NCBI GenBank assembly: GCA_000697335.1
Contig: JNEM01010760.1
Location: 1 to 59,569 of the forward strand
Origin: Conidiobolus incongruus B7586
Taxonomy: Eukaryota
Direction: 5' to 3'
Length of the DNA: 59,569 bases
The notes under the pieces were generated by a model. That model made no database searches. It saw only the letters and a list, made by a program, of their open reading frames with translations, and was not told where the DNA came from. Shown in pieces: positions 1 through 12,760 of the stretch. Positions within the stretch are counted from its first letter, which is position 1. Every line of letters starts with the position of its first letter. The position numbers and the translations under genes are program-made.

Positions 1-1191
1 ATATAAATTTAAAAATATAAATAATTCTATTAATATCTTGATTCATTCTAAGTTAAATAATATTATATTAAGCTTTGTAATTAATATATATTTTTTATTT
101 ATAATATAATATATAGAGTTAAATTTAATTAATTATTAATTGATATATCAAAATTGAAAATATATCTAAAATAAGCTATAAATTTGTTGGTTTTAATATT
201 GATAGAAAAATTAATATCTAATATATCATCTTTTTATTTTTTAACCTATTTAAGTTTATAAGGTAAAAAATTAATTAGCTTCTTATATTAAATAAAACTA
301 ATATTATTCTAAGCTTCTTAAATATATTTTTAAAGTTAATTTAAATTTTTTATTAGGGGGAAAGCTTTAATTAATTATTTTAATTAATCTTAAATATATT
401 TAATTAAATTAAAATTAAAAAATTAAAGAGATTATTTTATTATAATTATTTTGTTATTTTTAAGCTATTTAATAATAAAATTTAAAATATAATAAAAGAT
501 ATTATCTTATTAAAAAATAATATTTAATTTATTTAACTTATATTATTCAATAGTTTTTTTCCATTTATTATTTAAATAATATTAATATATCTTAAAATTA
601 ATTCTTTTATCAACCTTATAAAAATACTTTATATTTAAAGATAATATATATCCCTAAATTATAATTAACTTATTATAATATTTTTAGGTTTTAAAAATAT
701 AATAATTACAAAATAATTTTTTATCTTTTTTAAAATATTTAACTTTTTTATTAAATTTATTAAAATATATTTTTTCTTATTAAATTAAAAAACTTTATAT
801 TAATTAATTTTAATTTAACTTTAATGATGATATTTAAACTTTTATTTTACTTTATAATTGGATTTTTTTAATTAAAGGTATTTTTTCTTAAAATGTAAAT
901 AATATTTATTTTAATATAAAATATATATAATAGTAATAATACTAACTAATATTCTTATATAATCTTATAATTCTTGTTATACTTTTATAATAATATTATA
1001 TTTACCTATATTATTTAATCTATAATTATATTTTTAATTATATTTATCTATAATTTTAATATATTTAAGTTTTAATTAAAGTGTTGTTTAATTTTGCTTT
1101 TAATAACTTTAGTTATAATAGATTAACTAATATTAATAGTTTTAATAGTCTTATAAATTGATTTATTTTTATTATGAAGTTAATTAATATA

Positions 1192-1587
1192 CACTGACCC
1201 ACAAAAGTGAGTCATAAAATCAAAAACACCTATATTTTTACTAATAACTTGATTAATATTTAATAAAATAAACCAAAATTAAATAATTAAAATCTATTAT
1301 ATTTATTAGTTATATATATCATTAAATGAGGATATTTAGCTATTAATTGGCTAAAATATACCCTTATCTCAAAAACCCACAAATTTATGACTCACCTTGG
1401 TTAAATATTAAGGGTTAATATTTTTGCTAATAGTTTACTAAATATATCTAAATATATTTATTTATTATTAAATAATATACCTTAATTATATATTATAGTT
1501 TCAAGTAATCTAATATATACAATTGTTTTAGTTATTAATTAAAATATATATATTTTTGATTTTATGACTCACTTTTGTGGGTTAGTG
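1192..1587. mobile_element. 396-bp Tc1-derived MITE / internal deletion derivative
   Basis: TIRs CACTGACCCACAAAAGTGAGTCATAAAATCAAAAA (1192) and its reverse complement ending at 1587 (1 mismatch). TA flanks both ends (1190-91, 1588-89). The body is the two ends of the full-length element joined at about 1360. Confidence 0.92.
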
Positions 1588-1671
1588 TATAAGTAAATTT
1601 TCTAAAAGAGAGATTTAAATATTATAATATTAATTTTAAAATTATCACTTAATAATTTTATATTATATATA

Positions 1672-3243
1672 CACTAACCTGCAAAAATAAGTTATAAAAT
1701 CAAAAATATATATATTTTAATTAATAACTAAAACAATTGTATATTTAGATTACTTAAAACTATAATATATAATTAAGATATATTATTTAATAATAAATAA
1801 ATATATTTAGATATATTTAGTAAACTATTAGCAAAAATATTAACCTTTAATATTTAACTAAGGTGAGTTATAAATTTGTGGGTTTTTGAGATAAAAGGAT
1901 ATATTTAACAATATATAACTATATCTTTTTTCTCTTTTTGCTATTATTTTATATAATATTTTACAGTTATACTTAATTTTTTTTATTAGTATTATTATAT
2001 TTAAATCCCTCTCTAAAAAAATCTACTTGTATATTAATCAACTTTATAAAAAAAATAAATTAACTTATGATATTGCTAGAATTACTAGTGTTAGCTAGTT
2101 TATTATAGCTAAAGTTGTTAAGAATAATAATAAAGAAACATTAAAACTTAAACTTAAGTATATTAAAATTATAGATAAAGATAATAAGAAGTGTATTTAT
2201 AGGTTAATTAATATAGGTAAGTGTGGTACTTTTGTAGAAATATAGCAAGAATTATAAAACTATATAAGAATATTAGTTAACACTAATACTATTATATATA
2301 CTTTATATTAGTATAGATATTGCTTACAATTTAAGAAAAAACACCCCCAACTAAAAAAATCCTATTACAAAACTAGGTAGGAGTTTAAATATCACTACTA
2401 ATGTTGAATTAAAACTAATTAGAGTAAGGTTATTTAGTTTAATAAAACAAAAATATATTTTAGTAGATTTGATAGAAAAGCTAGATACTTCAAAAAAAAT
2501 ACAAAACTACTTTATAACCATCATGTTAATTTTACCTAAAAGTATAATAGTAGGTTAATTATTGTTTAGGGATATATATTGTTTTTAAGTATAAAGTATC
2601 TTTATAAAGTTAATAAGGGAATTAATGTTAAAATATACTAAAGTATTCTAAACAATGAATTGAAAAAAACTATTGAATAATATAGGTTAAACAAATCTAA
2701 TGTTATTTTCTAGTGAGATAATGCTTTTTGTTATATTATAGCTTTTACTACTAAATAGCTTAAAAATAATAAGATAATAGTTATAAAATAGCTTCTTTAA
2801 TCTTTTAATTTTAATCTAATTAAATACCTTTGGGATTAGTTAAAAAAAGTTATTAAAGTTTTCCCCCCAATAAAAAATTTAAATCAACTTTAAAAATATA
2901 TTTAAGAAGTATAAAATAAAATTAACCTTTCTTAATATAAGAAGTTAGTTGATTTTATACCACACATACTTAAAAAAGTTAGAAAAGTTAAAAGTAAATA
3001 CACTAGGTTTTAATTTTTTTTTATCACCAAAAACCTACAAATTTATAACTCACCTTAGGTAAAATTTAAGGATTTATATTTTAGCTAATTAATAACTAAA
3101 TATCATTATTTAATGATATATATAACTAATAAATATAATAGATTTTAATTATTTAATTTTGGTTTATTTTATTAAATATTAATCAAGTTATTAGTAAAAA
3201 TATAAGTGTTTTTGATTTTATGACTTATTTTTATAGGTTAGTG
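1672..3243 (+). mobile_element. Full-length Tc1/mariner (DD34E) DNA transposon, transposase destroyed by transitions
   Basis: TIRs CACTAACCTGCAAAAATAAGTTATAAAATC...GATTTTATGACTTATTTTTATAGGTTAGTG with TA flanks, 1572 bp. The relic ORF (about 1997-3013) reads N*SKVI*FNKTK (=DWSKVIWSDETK), KYNSRLIIV*GY (=KHGGGSIxVWGC), F**DNA (=FQ[Q/R]DNA) and *LL*SFNFNLIKYLW (=WPPQSPDLNPIEHLW), with 34 codons between the second D and the E position. Confidence 0.93.
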
Positions 3244-3520
3244 TAATATAACAAAAGAAAAAAAAGATATATTTAAATCTTATTATTTATATTTTTTTAA
3301 CTTATAAACCTATAAATTTATAACTTATTTTAGTTAAATTTTCAGTTTTAATGTATTAACCAATAATTAATAAAATATAATCAAATATAGCTCATTATAA
3401 CTAATTATAATAGATAAATTATATATTTTAATTTAAATTTATTTAATTAAGAATTATTTAAGATATATGTAAATATATAAGTAATTTTAATTTTATAACT
3501 TATTTTTGTAGGTTAGTATA

Positions 3521-3782
3521 TATATATTTAATTTAATAAAAAAATTTAAGTAATTTTTGTTTTATATATTTTTTTAATTTATAAACCAATAAATTTATAA
3601 CTTATCTTATTTTAAATTGAAGATTTAATATATTAAATAATAATATATTAAATATAATTAAATATAACCTATTATAATCAAGTAATATATTTTAATTTAA
3701 ATTAATTTAGTTAAGAATTATTTAAATTTTAGGTATATATATAAGTCATTTTTATTTTATAACTTATTTTCACAAGTTAATA
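3521..3782 (-). mobile_element. Terminal ~260 bp of a further, more decayed Tc1-family copy
   Basis: 3565-3782 resembles 3288-3518, including the inner repeat 'aaatttataacttatctt' and a terminal TIR 'attttataacttattttcacaagttaata' followed by TA. Confidence 0.7.
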
Positions 3783-6346
3783 TATAATATATGATATTAA
3801 ATAAAAAGAAATTCAATTAAAGGAAAACCCATTAGAATATTATTTCATCATATAGATAATTTACTCAATTCTATATTATTTAATCATTTTAAGTAAATAA
3901 TTGATTTATATTATAGTTTTAGAGATATTAAATTAAATTTGACTTGGTTTTATTTAAAACACTTATCCATAAAATATTGAGCTTATTATATAAACTATTG
4001 TACATTTCATTTAGATACTATATACAAATTTATTTATTATTTAGATGTTTGATAATTATATAGATGAGCTTTGAAGTTATTTGATTTGGTACAAACTCAA
4101 AATATGGATAGATATAAGATAAAAAAACTTATTTATTTAATTTTTTTATAAATTTTTATATTGAAATAAACAAAAATGTAAATTCTTTTACCATATCAAA
4201 CTTATTTTTTAGTAAAAATTTATGGAATAAATGAAGTACAAGAAAATAAGAAAATAAATTTGATTATGGTATATAATCAAATTCTGAAAGACAAATCATT
4301 ATATAAAAACTTGAATAAGATTTTTAATATATAAATTGATACAGATAGAGTGCCATTTAAGACCAAATGATTTATGTATTTTGCATTTAATATTTTTATA
4401 ATAAGAAACAGGCAATAAAATTGATTTTTAATCAAATCACATTTATAGATGGTATTATGATTTACCATTATTTTCATACGTTATAAAAAGATATGCTGTA
4501 GAAATAATATCATATTCAAGTTTCATTATTATCATTTTAATTATACACCTAAGCAAAGCAGTTTAAATACAAGATAAACAAATAATTCTTCCTGAGAATC
4601 AAGCTGAGTTTACAGGATTCAAAGTCCTGAGCACTAACTATTACACCAGCGGAGATAATTGAAAATTTGATAAATCAAATATTGAATATACAATCAACCT
4701 AATACATTTGTCTATTTTTTCTAAGTTAATAAATTGTCATATTGAATTTATTTTCTATCATTTCATTTTTCCCCATTATTTCTTTAAAGTTAATATTCTA
4801 TGATAAATTTTCAAAAGAATATCCCTTTTTGTTAAATAATTATCTGTATTAAAATTTTAATAAAAAATGTATCATATATATAATAAAAATATAATTAAAA
4901 TATTTATAAAAATTTTAGTCCTATCTTTCACTATATTAAAAATATAAAAATATTTTATGAAAATAACAAATAATTATAAAATTGGTGAATTCGATATAAG
5001 ATTTGAGATTGATTGATATCGTACTATTGATGCATATCGGATTAAATTATAATTGATTACATATAAACATGAATATATATATATATATATAATATGGAAA
5101 ATATTAAATTAAATTTTAATGAATTACTTAAATATTTCATGACATATTTTAATTAAATATATATAATCATCAATTATCAAATTATCATAAACTTATGATT
5201 ATAATAATTCATTGATCACCGAAATTAATTCAAATTTATGTTAGAAAAATTGAAAATTGTAAAATATGTTTTGTTTTATTATTAAAGAATATGTAATAAA
5301 TATATATTATTATTAAATAATGGATTAGGTATTCCATGTATTTAAATATGTGAAATTCAAATTTTTTTTGTTCACGAAAGAAGTATAATAATTTGAATAA
5401 TTTCAAATTAAATTCATAAAATAATATATTACATAATTACAGGTATATTATTAATTGATCATTATCCAAATAAATACTAATTTTAGAGTATTATTTAGGT
5501 ATTCGTCCATTAATTATGCGCTAAATATAAGAATAAATAAGTATAGTATATTATAATAGTTAATAGATTAGATAAAATAGTTCAATTTTAAAACTACATA
5601 TTGATAATATTAACTTTAAAATTAGGTACACAAATATAATCGTGCCTCGAAATTCAAATAAGTAAAATCTGAAAATGGTTGATATCTTGATACATAATTG
5701 AAATAAAAATTTTCATTTGAATTTTTTAGTGTAAATAGTTTGTGTTTAATTAATATTTTATTAGTCATGATATTTCAACACCAAATATAAGATCTAATAA
5801 CTTTTATTTTAAATTTTTGATAATTACTATAATGTAAAAAGGAAAAATATTTCATTTGTTTAGTTAGAACTCCAAGGTTTTTTGATTTTGTTGATTATAA
5901 TCTACCTAGATTCTTTATAGAAAAATATACCAGCAAGTATATTTTACCTTAATATATAATTTGTTTTTAATACTACTTTTAATTAATATAATATAACATA
6001 ATAATCAAAATCCATGCTATGTTTCAAGAATATTGTATTAAAGCATTAATATAGTATCATGATAAATGCTTAATTTGGTAGCTGTTGTGTTTTATGATAT
6101 GCTTTGTAAATAAAGATTATTGTAGGAATAGTACTTGTAATACCATTTAGTAAATTATTTATTAATCATGCTCTTTAATATATTAGGGCTAAATGTCTTA
6201 AAGCTAGCTTACTGTTGAGATATTGTAGCAGAATATTCAGAAAAAACCTCCTCTTTTTTCTTTACTATATCTAGGTTTAAATGGTTAATTCAGTGGATGA
6301 CATAGATTTGGTTAAAATCTAACAGAGAGAATAAATAGAACAAAGA

Positions 6347-6437
6347 ATATCCTTTAATTATAGACTAACAAATCCACTATAAATGAGGGGTAATATAAAC
6401 TTAACTATTGAATTGAGACAGGCAGGTATTTTTAAAA
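6347..6437 (+). repeat. ~90-bp dispersed repeat, copy 1 (copy 2 at 55311-55401)
   Basis: Shared blocks atatcctttaatt / ccactataaatgag / acttaactattgaattgaga / caggtatttt in the same order and spacing. Confidence 0.75.
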
Positions 6438-7730
6438 TACAATAATAGGTATAAATATTATCAAAATTTACTATTTCATCTATTAAACTAATTTATCAGT
6501 AATCAATAAACAATTTATATAATATAATTGATAAAAACTTTATAATTCTCAATATTAGTATATTTAAGATTATATAGCTATTATATTCAACAATTTTCCA
6601 ATCAACAAATTGAAAATTCAAAAATTTCCATTAGTATAATGGAATTATTACTGCCAAAAATAATTTATGGCAATTAACTTGTATTATAGGAATGCGAAAC
6701 TTAAAACTGCAAAATGCAGCCATTACAATTTTCATTCAAAATATGTAACAAATAAAAAATTTTAATATCCTAATCTTCAAAAATGATACCAGTTTATGAG
6801 GAATATATATTACTACATATGACTTGAGATCACAACAATTTTATTAATTTATAAACCCTGAGAATAACTTTTGAAGTGTAAATTGATAAGGATTACTAAA
6901 TTGGGTAATTATTAATAACCTCAATTTTTATATTATTTTCTTTTATCAGAAAAAATTATTGTTATTATTTTTAATTGATAATGGCATTAAATAATTTAAC
7001 TTTTATTATAGATTATTATCAAAAAAATTATTTTATTTAATATATTAATTTAATTAATTATAATATAGTAAATTATTATAAATGTTAAATAATTATGATA
7101 CAAAGAAAATCGTTTCATATTATTCAAAATTAAAAGAAAATTATCTGATCATTGAAGGAATTTAAACTGTGAATATTTTGAAAAAATGTAAGGTGACAGT
7201 CATGGACAAATTTAAATTTGGAGACTGCGCCCCTTTGTAGGTGATAAAATTTAGTTGAATTGTAACATCTGCTTGTTAGAATTGATGTTTTTCATTATAT
7301 TAATTAAGATTATATATTAAGCATGGTTTTGAAAATATATTGGTATTAATATGTATAACTCAATAATACCAATATAAATTCACTGTATTAGCGGAGTATT
7401 TCTAAATTATCTGAATGGTAGGTATCAGAAAATGTTAAATATCAAGATTAGCAGATTTAGGAAAAATTAGATAAGGCATATTTAACAATGATTGGTTAAA
7501 TCTTTAGTCCCTTATAATTCTCTTAATCAAATTTAAAATTACCTATAAAAACCCTTTTCATTTAGTATTTTGCTACAAATCTTTAATCTTTTGTACTTTA
7601 TTAACCTTTTTATATAAATAATATATACAAACAAAAAAACTAATATTTACCTCCGTTAAAAAATTTAAATATATATATATATATAATTTATCGTCTATAA
7701 TAATTTTGTATTGATAGTAAGTAAATAACC

Positions 7731-8927
7731 ATGACTAATAGTTTTTCCAAATATACGCTTTTCCTCATAGCAGGGATGTTGATAACGGGTACCGCTAATA
7801 CCTTGTTGAACAAATTGCAAGATAGACAGTGTGTTGGCGATTGTGATACCCCTCAGCCCAAGTTGTTTGAACAACCTGTATGGCAAACCCTTATTATGTT
7901 CTTTGGTGAATTTGGGTGTATTTTAGGTCCTATTGTCGCACATCTCCAAACTAAAGTCAACAAGTACACTTCTGTCGGCACAGACAGTAGTGAGCTTGTC
8001 TTTGAGCCTACACATGAGAACCCCCACGTTAAGCCTATGACAGGTAAAAGAAAGCTGCTAATGTGGCTCCCCACCCTCTGCGATATTTGTGGTACCACAT
8101 TGATGAATGTGGGTTTGATTTATACTTCGGCATCCATTTACCAAATGCTTAGAGGTGCTATTGTTTTGTTTGTCGCCATCTTTTCCGTCATCTTTTTGAA
8201 TAGGAGACTTCAACTCTATCAGTGGGGAAGTTTGGTTAGCATTGTGTTGGGTGTAAGTTTGGTTGGTTTGAGTAGTATCTTTAAGACTAGCCCTCCTAGC
8301 CCCAAAGATTTGACTAACACTGCCAATGAAGGCATGGCTGCGCTTGGTGTTTTCATGGTCTTATTTGCCCAAATGTTTACTGCTACTCAATTCGTTGTCG
8401 AAGAAAAAATTCTTTCACGCTACACTATTGGTCCTATTGAAGCTGTATATTTGGAAGGCTTCTTTGGAATTATTACCGTATCCTTCGCCATTTTGGTCGG
8501 TCACTACCAATATGGTCAATACCACCCTGGCTCCTACTTCGATGCCGTTACTGCCTATCACCAAATCTTTGACAACTTTGGTGTTTGGTCGACTGGAGTA
8601 GCCATCGCCATCTCAATTGGTTTCTTCAACTTCTTCGGCTTGTCCGTCACCAGAACCGTCTCTGCCACCTCAAGAAGTACCATTGATACCAGTAGAACTC
8701 TCTTCATTTGGATGTTCAGTTTGTTGTTGGGCTGGGAAACCTTTTCCTTCTTGCAAGTTATCGGTTTCATGCTCTTGGTGTATGGAACCTTCTTGTTCAA
8801 CGGTGTTATCGACCCTCCTGCCTGCCTCGTCACTCCTACTCAGCCTGTGATCAGCGTGCAGTCAAGTGCTGGTGGTTCTCAGCCAGCTGCCGCTGCAGTT
8901 GACGAAACCAGTCCCTTGATTGGCTAA
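7731..8927 (+). CDS. SLC35F6-like nucleotide-sugar/drug-metabolite transporter (DMT superfamily), 398 aa, intronless
   Basis: About 10 hydrophobic segments. Motifs FEQPVWQT..MFFGE, CDICGTTLMNVGL, SIYQMLRG, QFVVEEK and SATSRSTID are typical of the SLC35F6/C2orf18 family. Confidence 0.9.
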   Translation: MTNSFSKYTLFLIAGMLITGTANTLLNKLQDRQCVGDCDTPQPKLFEQPVWQTLIMFFGEFGCILGPIVAHLQTKVNKYTSVGTDSSELVFEPTHENPHVKPMTGKRKLLMWLPTLCDICGTTLMNVGLIYTSASIYQMLRGAIVLFVAIFSVIFLNRRLQLYQWGSLVSIVLGVSLVGLSSIFKTSPPSPKDLTNTANEGMAALGVFMVLFAQMFTATQFVVEEKILSRYTIGPIEAVYLEGFFGIITVSFAILVGHYQYGQYHPGSYFDAVTAYHQIFDNFGVWSTGVAIAISIGFFNFFGLSVTRTVSATSRSTIDTSRTLFIWMFSLLLGWETFSFLQVIGFMLLVYGTFLFNGVIDPPACLVTPTQPVISVQSSAGGSQPAAAAVDETSPLIG

Positions 8928-9764
8928 TTCTTTTGATGTGAGAATAAATCACTGGTAATTTTGTAATATTATTCATCAAATTTTATCATAATTACAAATT
9001 ATATATCATCTTGTTATTTTATTCACAAATTAGGAATAATTTTGTTTAATTTGCAATATTAAAATTATTACAGGTTTAATGAGATATTTGTAAGTGATAT
9101 TATTCTTGGTTAATCATATAAAGTTCTTATTAAGTAGTATTAATTGTGTAATCTCATTGTAATTTTTTTTCAAGCTTTTTGTTGTAATTAAGAAACTGAA
9201 AAATGCAAAAATTTTAATTTATGACAGAATATTTAGAATATAATTAATTAAAGGTTACTGATATTTTTAAGTGATATAATTATATTCAACATTACTGTTA
9301 ATTCAATATGATAAATATCAATTAATTTTGATAAAATTATATATTTTGTTAATTATTGAAAAATGGTCAATTTGATGAAATATTATTGTTTTTATATTCA
9401 ATGATCTTGAATAAAATAGTTTAATTCAATAATAATTTATATTTTATATTTTATAGATTATAAAAAAATGAAAATTGATATTTATTATAGAATTATTGAT
9501 AATAATGAAAATTAGAGTAATAAAATTGATATTAATTAATATATTTGTCCATTAAATATTATTAAAAATGCTTTTCCAATGAGTCAATTAGAAATAATTT
9601 GAATAAATTAGCTTAGTTAATCAGTATTTTAAAAAAGAGAGGATAAAATTATATATTTAAAATTAATTCTTGTGTTGAAACTATATAAATATTGAATTAA
9701 GGAACTTGTAAGTTTGAAATTGATATAGAAATATAATGATTTAAAAATATAATTAAATTAAACC

Positions 9765-9837
9765 CACCCCTACTGGGGATCGAACCCAGAATCCCCGGAT
9801 TAGAAGTCCGATGCCTTATCCATTGGGCCATAGGGGC
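9765..9837 (-). tRNA. tRNA-Arg (anticodon UCU), intronless
   Basis: The reverse complement GCCCCTATGGCCCAATGGATAAGGCATCGGACTTCTAATCCGGGGATTCTGGGTTCGATCCCCAGTAGGGGTG folds as a 73-nt cloverleaf with T-loop GTTCGAT and anticodon loop CT-TCT-AA. Confidence 0.96.
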
Positions 9838-10499
9838 TTGTTCTCAATGAAATGAGTAAATAATTAATTGGTTTAATTAATTGATAGGTAAGTTGATTGT
9901 ATTTAATATTTTCATTTTTTATTTTCCATTTTTTAATTAATACTCTTATATATATAATCTATTAAACTTTTATTTATCTTGCCATATTATTCAGACTGTT
10001 TATTTTTCAAAAATCACACTCCATTTTTAATACATCGTTTAATATTTTCAATACTTTTCCATTTTATTATTGTATATATGTATTTCATTAAATTAATCTC
10101 GAATATTAGTTAATAATCAGCTTTAATATTCAATTTAACTAATAGAATAAATATATTTATTTTAGAATCTAAATTTCTTTGATTATTTTATAGTTTTTAA
10201 TGGAATATAGTATAATACAATTTAATTTTTATAAATTGTGTATTTTTACATTTTAGAAAATATTGTTAAGGTTTTAATTATCAGTACTATATGGTATTTT
10301 ATTGTAAAATATAATCATTCATTGCTCTGATACTAGACCATGTCCAATTTGCTATTACTCATTAATTGTCTATGTTTATTATTTTACAAGAATAAATAAA
10401 TTCAAATTATTGTTCTTGGTAATTGAGTTTTGGTGGATAATTCTTTAAAGGTTCTCTAAAACAAAATTAATATATAATTAAATACTAAATAAATCACTA

Positions 10500-10911
10500 T
10501 TACTTTCTCAATTCCCAAACATCTAAACTAGAACGGTCAGAATCTCTCTTTTGAACTCGACTCTTTTCAAAATTCAAAATAGCGTCCTATAAAGTAAATG
10601 ATTAATAATTTTATATAATAATAAAAATTTATTACAATTTTTTCTTGTTCGTTTTTAACTGATAAACTTAAAGTGAATTTAAATTTATCCCACTGCCAAC
10701 TGCAATCTTTTCTCTCACCGTATCGATAGTAATGCAGAGCCATATGGCCTAAAGCTACAACAAACAGATTTAATTATTATTTTTCTATATTCTATTGTGT
10801 ATTACTATAACATCTAAATAAATCGTCAAAACTTCTATTAACACTGTAAGGTAGTAATATCGTTTCATTTGATAAGCCGTTAGTTTGATTTGATTTAAAT
10901 TTGTTGTCCAT
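10500..10911 (-). CDS. EMI1: Emi1-family (DUF3128-like) small protein, 103 aa, 3 exons; absent from the ORF track
   Basis: Exons 10806-10911, 10636-10754 and 10500-10586 (GT-AG, 312 nt in frame) give ...FDDLFRCYTLGHMALHYYRYGERKDCSWQWDKFKFTL...SSLDVWELRK. HYYRYG and SSxDVW are Emi1 hallmarks. Confidence 0.85.
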
Positions 10912-12760
10912 TTTGAATTGATATATCTATAATAGATATTATAGATTTTAATATAACAATATATTGAATAACTGACTGAATGAATGAATTAACGTTTTTA
11001 TATTAACTTTAAAACTTTTATGGGATATTAAATTGAATTTAGTAATTTTGATCCAAAAAAGGTAAAGTTTAGAATTTGAAACTTATGAGAGTGAAAGAAA
11101 GTTTTGTTATTCAAATTATCATTATAATATTATATAATAATTACTTAAGTTTAATAGATTATCTATATAATTGATAATATTAATCCAAAACATTGAAAGA
11201 ATAAAAATGAATATTAATATTATTTTAATTTGAGAAAAGGTTTAAAATTTATTTAAAAAAATAACCAAATGTGATAATATTAATTGAACTGAGAATGAGT
11301 AAATTATAATATTCAAAATCATTCAATATTATTAATGAAAACTATTATTAATATCTTCAAGTTTGGATTTATTATTGAAATAATTATTAATGTTTTAAAA
11401 GATGAGTTTAAAAATAATCATTAATATGTGAGTAATTCTAAGATATTCCAGTTAATAAATTTTTGAATTCCAATTAATGAAATAACATATAAGTCATTAT
11501 AAATAAAGGAATCAAGATTTTAATAATTATATATATATATATCATGGATAGACAAATCACATAATATAGTTTATCGGTACTATAAAAATACCATACTCGA
11601 ATGGAAATTTGAAATAAAGCTTTATCTCACTATTTCATTCAGTTTAAAAATTGGAAATACCTATATAAAATCACTCTTATTTTGAAAATTATTTTTATAT
11701 GTTTTTATAATTAGTGTTAATAACTATATATATTATTTTTAATAAAAAAAATGAATAAGATTATATCTTTATATATGTATCCTGAATAGATACCAATATC
11801 AATATATTTTTAGGACAATTAATATTGAATAATAATATATTTCAATATATAGCTATCAAAAAAATAGTATTTTTGTTTTAACATAAAGACTGTATTTTTT
11901 TGGGGTAAATATTAGAAGAATTTTGTAGTATTCATAATATAAAATGTCTTATAACACTATAATTAGTTTTAAGTATATATTTACTAACTCCATTCATTAA
12001 AGATTACTTTTAATAAACATGAATACATTATGTGTTTGAAAAATTGAGTTTAATATAATATAATCTTATTGCTAATATATTTTTAATCATTATACTGGAA
12101 TATATAGATTTCAATATCAAAGTAATAATCTCAGATATGGATTACTATTCAATATCATCGACATGCTATGATGAACTATATTAGAACTTTATGTATTATT
12201 AATCATTATGATGATTATGATTAAAATTTTAATATAGCTATTCCATAGGGATTTTTGTCATTTCAATGAGTATAATATAGACATATTAAATCTATTTTAT
12301 TATTATTATAACCAAATTGGATTTTTATACCATAGCATTCTATAAAATGACAGAGAATAAGTAAATAAATATATAGTTAATATTTTCTTTAAAATTTAAT
12401 TTTAGAGTTGGAAATTAAATAATAGTATTTTTTTAAATTAAATTTAAATATAATTTTTAATATAAAATATAATAAAATAAATATATAATATTAAATCAAT
12501 ATATTATTTTATTTTTGATAATTTCTCACTATATTTTTAGCAAGCTTTTTTACTTAAAAAATATCCTCTTTTATTAAGTTTGAAATTTAATACTATATAA
12601 CCTTAGTTAATTTACTTCTTGAATTTATTTTTTTATATGCTTATTTTTTAATTGCCTAGTGTAATTATAATTACAAAAGTTATAATCTAATGAATATATT
12701 AAATATAGTAGCTTTTACCAGTTGATTTTATTAAAAAAGTTTTTATAGCTTTAACTTATA

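Larger units (their letters stand above)
1..3518 (-). mobile_element. Older Tc1-family element (related subfamily), interrupted by a MITE (1192-1587) and a full-length Tc1 (1672-3243); left end lies just before the window
   Basis: About 165-1190 and 1590-1630 align colinearly with the Tc1 copies at 12761 and 31191 (e.g. 'aagttaattaata|..|aagtaaattt' vs 32386-32410). The sequence resumes after 3245 and ends in a degenerate TIR 'ttttataacttatttttgtaggttagta' plus TA (3491-3520). Confidence 0.8.

Noticed and set aside
5840..6340. Possible LINE reverse-transcriptase relic on the minus strand (AFI/DTILM-like fragment near 6045-6070)
   Set aside because: Only one weak, frameshifted motif was found; a translated profile search is needed.
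7695..8902. Short ORFs overlapping the SLC35F6-like gene (and similar ones over PRP3, PNGase, PRX1 and profilin)
   Set aside because: They are alternate-frame or antisense shadows of GC-richer coding DNA with no recognisable motifs.
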